Positions 61,630-64,000 of a DNA stretch of 64,000 bases are shown here, in pieces. The notes beneath the pieces were generated by a model. It ran no database searches and was not told the origin of the DNA. It saw nothing but the letters and a program-made list of their open reading frames with translations. The first letter of the stretch is position 1. The number at the start of each line of letters is the position of its first letter. The stretch is from positions 1,888,001-1,952,000 of the forward strand of contig CBDBCZ010000019.1 of the NCBI GenBank assembly GCA_965203295.1, written 5' to 3'. This stretch comes from Nitrospirales bacterium. Its GTDB lineage: Bacteria; Nitrospirota; Nitrospiria; Nitrospirales; UBA8639. The position numbers and the translations under genes are program-made.

Positions 61630-62554
61630 GTGAAGATTTCTGCCGGTTTCAAGCCGTGTATCCAATGCATGCGTCTCGCTCCGACTCAGTATCGTCCAGA
61701 CTCTGAAGGGACCTACATCGTCAGGTTATCTCCCAACAACCGGACACGTCTCAAGGTCCGCAACAAGAGTTACCTCAAAGTCAGTTACGGCGAAACTTCG
61801 ACGTTGGCCTGCCTCATCGTCGACAAGTCTCTAAACGATGATGACATCATTCGCATGGATCAAACCGTTCGCACAGCTATTGGCTTGGATAATGATGATG
61901 CAAGGCTCAGACGCCAAAAAATCTTATTTCCAGGACAGAATATTACCACAGCCAATCATCATTGAGCCGTCGAACTTTCCCGGACCGGGTTTATTGGGCA
62001 GGTTGCTCAAGCAGCAATATCTCATCTGCATCATCCATCATGCCCTACCTACGGATATGGAGCCACCAATTGCTCGCTTAAAAAGGTCATCGATGGAAGC
62101 CATCGGCATTGAGCCTGGCGACAAAGTATGGTTGATCACCGATTTGGGCCGTCAAAAAATTCGGTGTCTTCCACTGGATGAAACGACAGAACTCCCCCTC
62201 GACACCATGTGGACAAACTTTACGCCTCCCTACTCAAAAGAAGAACACAAAACACTCGCTCTTCCCTGGATCACCATGGACCTTCAAACACGCCTCCGTC
62301 TCAATCAAAGTGGCGTGAAGAGCAATAATCTCAAACCATGGGATGCGGTCCTTGTTGGCCGATATCTCCCTCACGCACTTGCTTCAGAATTGAGCACCGT
62401 CTCAATGGGCCTTGCCCTCAGCGCTCTAGGAGGTGCTGTCGTGATCCCTGACAGCATCACAGAAAGTTTACCCTGGCTGCCTCTTTCCATCATCGTCACA
62501 AGCTTTATCATAGTTCTCTTTCTTATCGGGCTCAAAATTCGGAGTAGGATTTAG
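61630..62554 (+). pseudogene. Tandem double-psi beta-barrel-like protein with two C-terminal TM helices, frameshifted
   Basis: GTG start with SD GGAGG; N-part IIRMDQTVRTAIGL and C-part MEAIGIEPGDKV/WITMDLQTRLRL lie in overlapping frames joined near 61890. Confidence 0.55.
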
Positions 62555-62560
62555 CAGGAT

Positions 62561-63445
62561 ATGGAACTGAACAACGGAAAGCTTCGCTTGCAAATCGTTC
62601 CTGAAATCGGCGGGTCAATTGTTGATTTTTCCGCAAACCCTTAAGGGCAGTGACTTCCGATTATGCGTCGAGGGGAGAATCCGCTCTCTAAGTCGTCCAA
62701 TGCGTCTAACTTTGTATTGATTCCCTATTCGAATCGCCTGCGCAATGGCAGATTTTCATTCGCTGGGAAGAGTTATCAGCTTTGTGACGCAGACAAGCAC
62801 GCCATTCACGGCGACATCCGCGATCGAGCCCTCGGAGTTTTGGAACACACCGAAGACCGTGTGGTCATGGAGTTTAATTCGGCTGAGGTCTCTGACCTCA
62901 ATTTCCCGTTTCCGTTTTCGACCAGGGTGACATATATACTTGAGGGCTTTGGCCTTTCAAATAGGATAGAGTTAACGAATACAGGGAGTGAGGCTATGCC
63001 GGCTGGCGGTGGCTTTCATCCCTATTTTAATCGTCGCTTGCCGGGCTCAACGGGTGAGGTGGAGTTACAGCTTAGAGTGGGTGGCATCTATCCAGGGGAC
63101 ACTCCTCTGCCCACGGGTCCGGCGGTTCCAATTGTGCACCAACAGGATTTTAGTACGCAACGTCCCCTGGACGTAGTACTTGACCACTGTTTCGCCGGCT
63201 GGGATCGTCAGGCTGTCATTGAATGGCCGGGCAGTGGGGTCAAAGCCCTTCTCCAAGCAGACCCGGGAACGGAGCATGTCATCGTGTATTCACCTGAAGG
63301 AGAAAACTTCTTTGCCGTCGAGCCGGTGACCAACGCGAACGATGGCTTCAACCTTCTCGTCCAGGGAAATAAGAACTGCGGAGTCGTTGTTCTGCAACCT
63401 GGTGAAGTCCTAAAAACAGGCTTTCGGATTTCTATCGAAGGCTAG
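62561..63445 (+). pseudogene. Aldose 1-epimerase family protein with two early nonsense codons
   Basis: MELNNGKLRLQIVPEIGGSIVDF then TAA62642 and TGA62651 in frame with LIPYSNRL, HAIHG, GFHPYF, FAVEPVT. Confidence 0.88.
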
Positions 63446-63499
63446 GGCTGCCTGAGCACAAAGATCATCCCACACAGAAAAGTTATAAAAACTTGGTTC

Positions 63500-63793
63500 T
63501 GTTCTTTCAGACAGTGTCGGGCAAGGGAGTCTCAAGTTTAAGATTTCGAGTTTAAAGTTTAAAAATCAGAGTTTCTTGTTCACAGTTCCGCTTCGCCGGG
63601 CCGAAAACCCGCTCAAGTAAAGAACCCCCCAGCAAGCTGGGGGGTATTCAAGAGCTGCTTTTTATAAAACCATGTAACAAACATCCTGGATACCTGCTAA
63701 CCACTGCGGGCATAACAACTCACCTCCTCTGCGTGCAGCAGGAATTCCCAACGTCATCTGGCAGTATCCGTCAACTGAAATTCAAGTTTTTAC
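63500..63793. repeat. Composite non-coding repeat module B
   Basis: Same block order as 57059..57621, including the identical GTATCCGTCAACTGAAATTCAAGTTTT; palindrome ACCCCCCAGC-AA-GCTGGGGGGT. Confidence 0.75.
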
Positions 63794-63837
63794 ATATAAA
63801 ACAAGTTCACTCCTTAATTCGTAACACCCTCTAGGCA

Positions 63838-64000
63838 TTAGTCATCATCGTCTTTGTCTTTTCCATATCCATGCCTCTCCATCATCCCATGCCCTATCAT
63901 ACCGCCCATTCCATGCATCCGGCGCCCCATGCCACTTTCCATTTGTGCTTTTAATCGGGATCGGAACTGATCATACTGCTCGGGTGTTAGAATGTCCTTA
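63838..64000 (-). CDS. Spy/CpxP (LTXXQ) family periplasmic protein, C-terminal part
   Basis: Manual translation KDILTPEQYDQFRSRLKAQMESGMGRRMHGMGGMIGHGMMERHG..*. Confidence 0.75.
   Translation of the reverse strand, partial: KDILTPEQYDQFRSRLKAQMESGMGRRMHGMGGMIGHGMMERHGYGKDKDDDD

Noticed and set aside
19560..63445. Stop-codon reassignment or selenocysteine readthrough to explain in-frame TGA codons
   Set aside because: Internal stops include TAA and TAG, co-occur with frameshifts and fall at Arg/Trp-like positions, and TGA ends many intact genes normally
57059..63793. CRISPR array or integron cassette array
   Set aside because: No regularly spaced identical repeats, no cas or integrase gene, no clear attC core sites

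Overview
This is a bacterial chromosome segment whose gene content points strongly to a Nitrospirota/Nitrospirales (Nitrospira-like) nitrite oxidiser; this is an inference from gene families and synteny, not from a marker gene. The first ~30 kb is an almost entirely minus-strand respiratory and copper supercluster. It holds mobA, a dihaem cytochrome c fused to an EbdC/DMSO-reductase-gamma-like domain (candidate alternative NxrC), two further membrane-anchored c-cytochromes and two CydA-like bd-type oxidase paralogs with no cydB. An unannotated 38-aa membrane protein leads the oxidase operon. The cluster also has two FGE-fold proteins lacking the catalytic Cys pair, DUF420, three type-1-copper-motif proteins, a 1709-aa MnxG-like multicopper oxidase carrying an inserted LysM domain, and a nitrosocyanin-like cupredoxin. 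The middle holds gltBD, a polyprenyl synthase and a six-gene putative aminoethylphosphonate-lipid/glycan operon with no PEP mutase and a MITE inside it. The last ~15 kb is an accessory region with many broken genes (histidine kinase, ABC ATPase, dinB, aldose epimerase, redoxin, a tandem double-psi-barrel membrane protein) and composite palindromic repeats. No rRNA, tRNA, CRISPR array or intact transposase was recognised.
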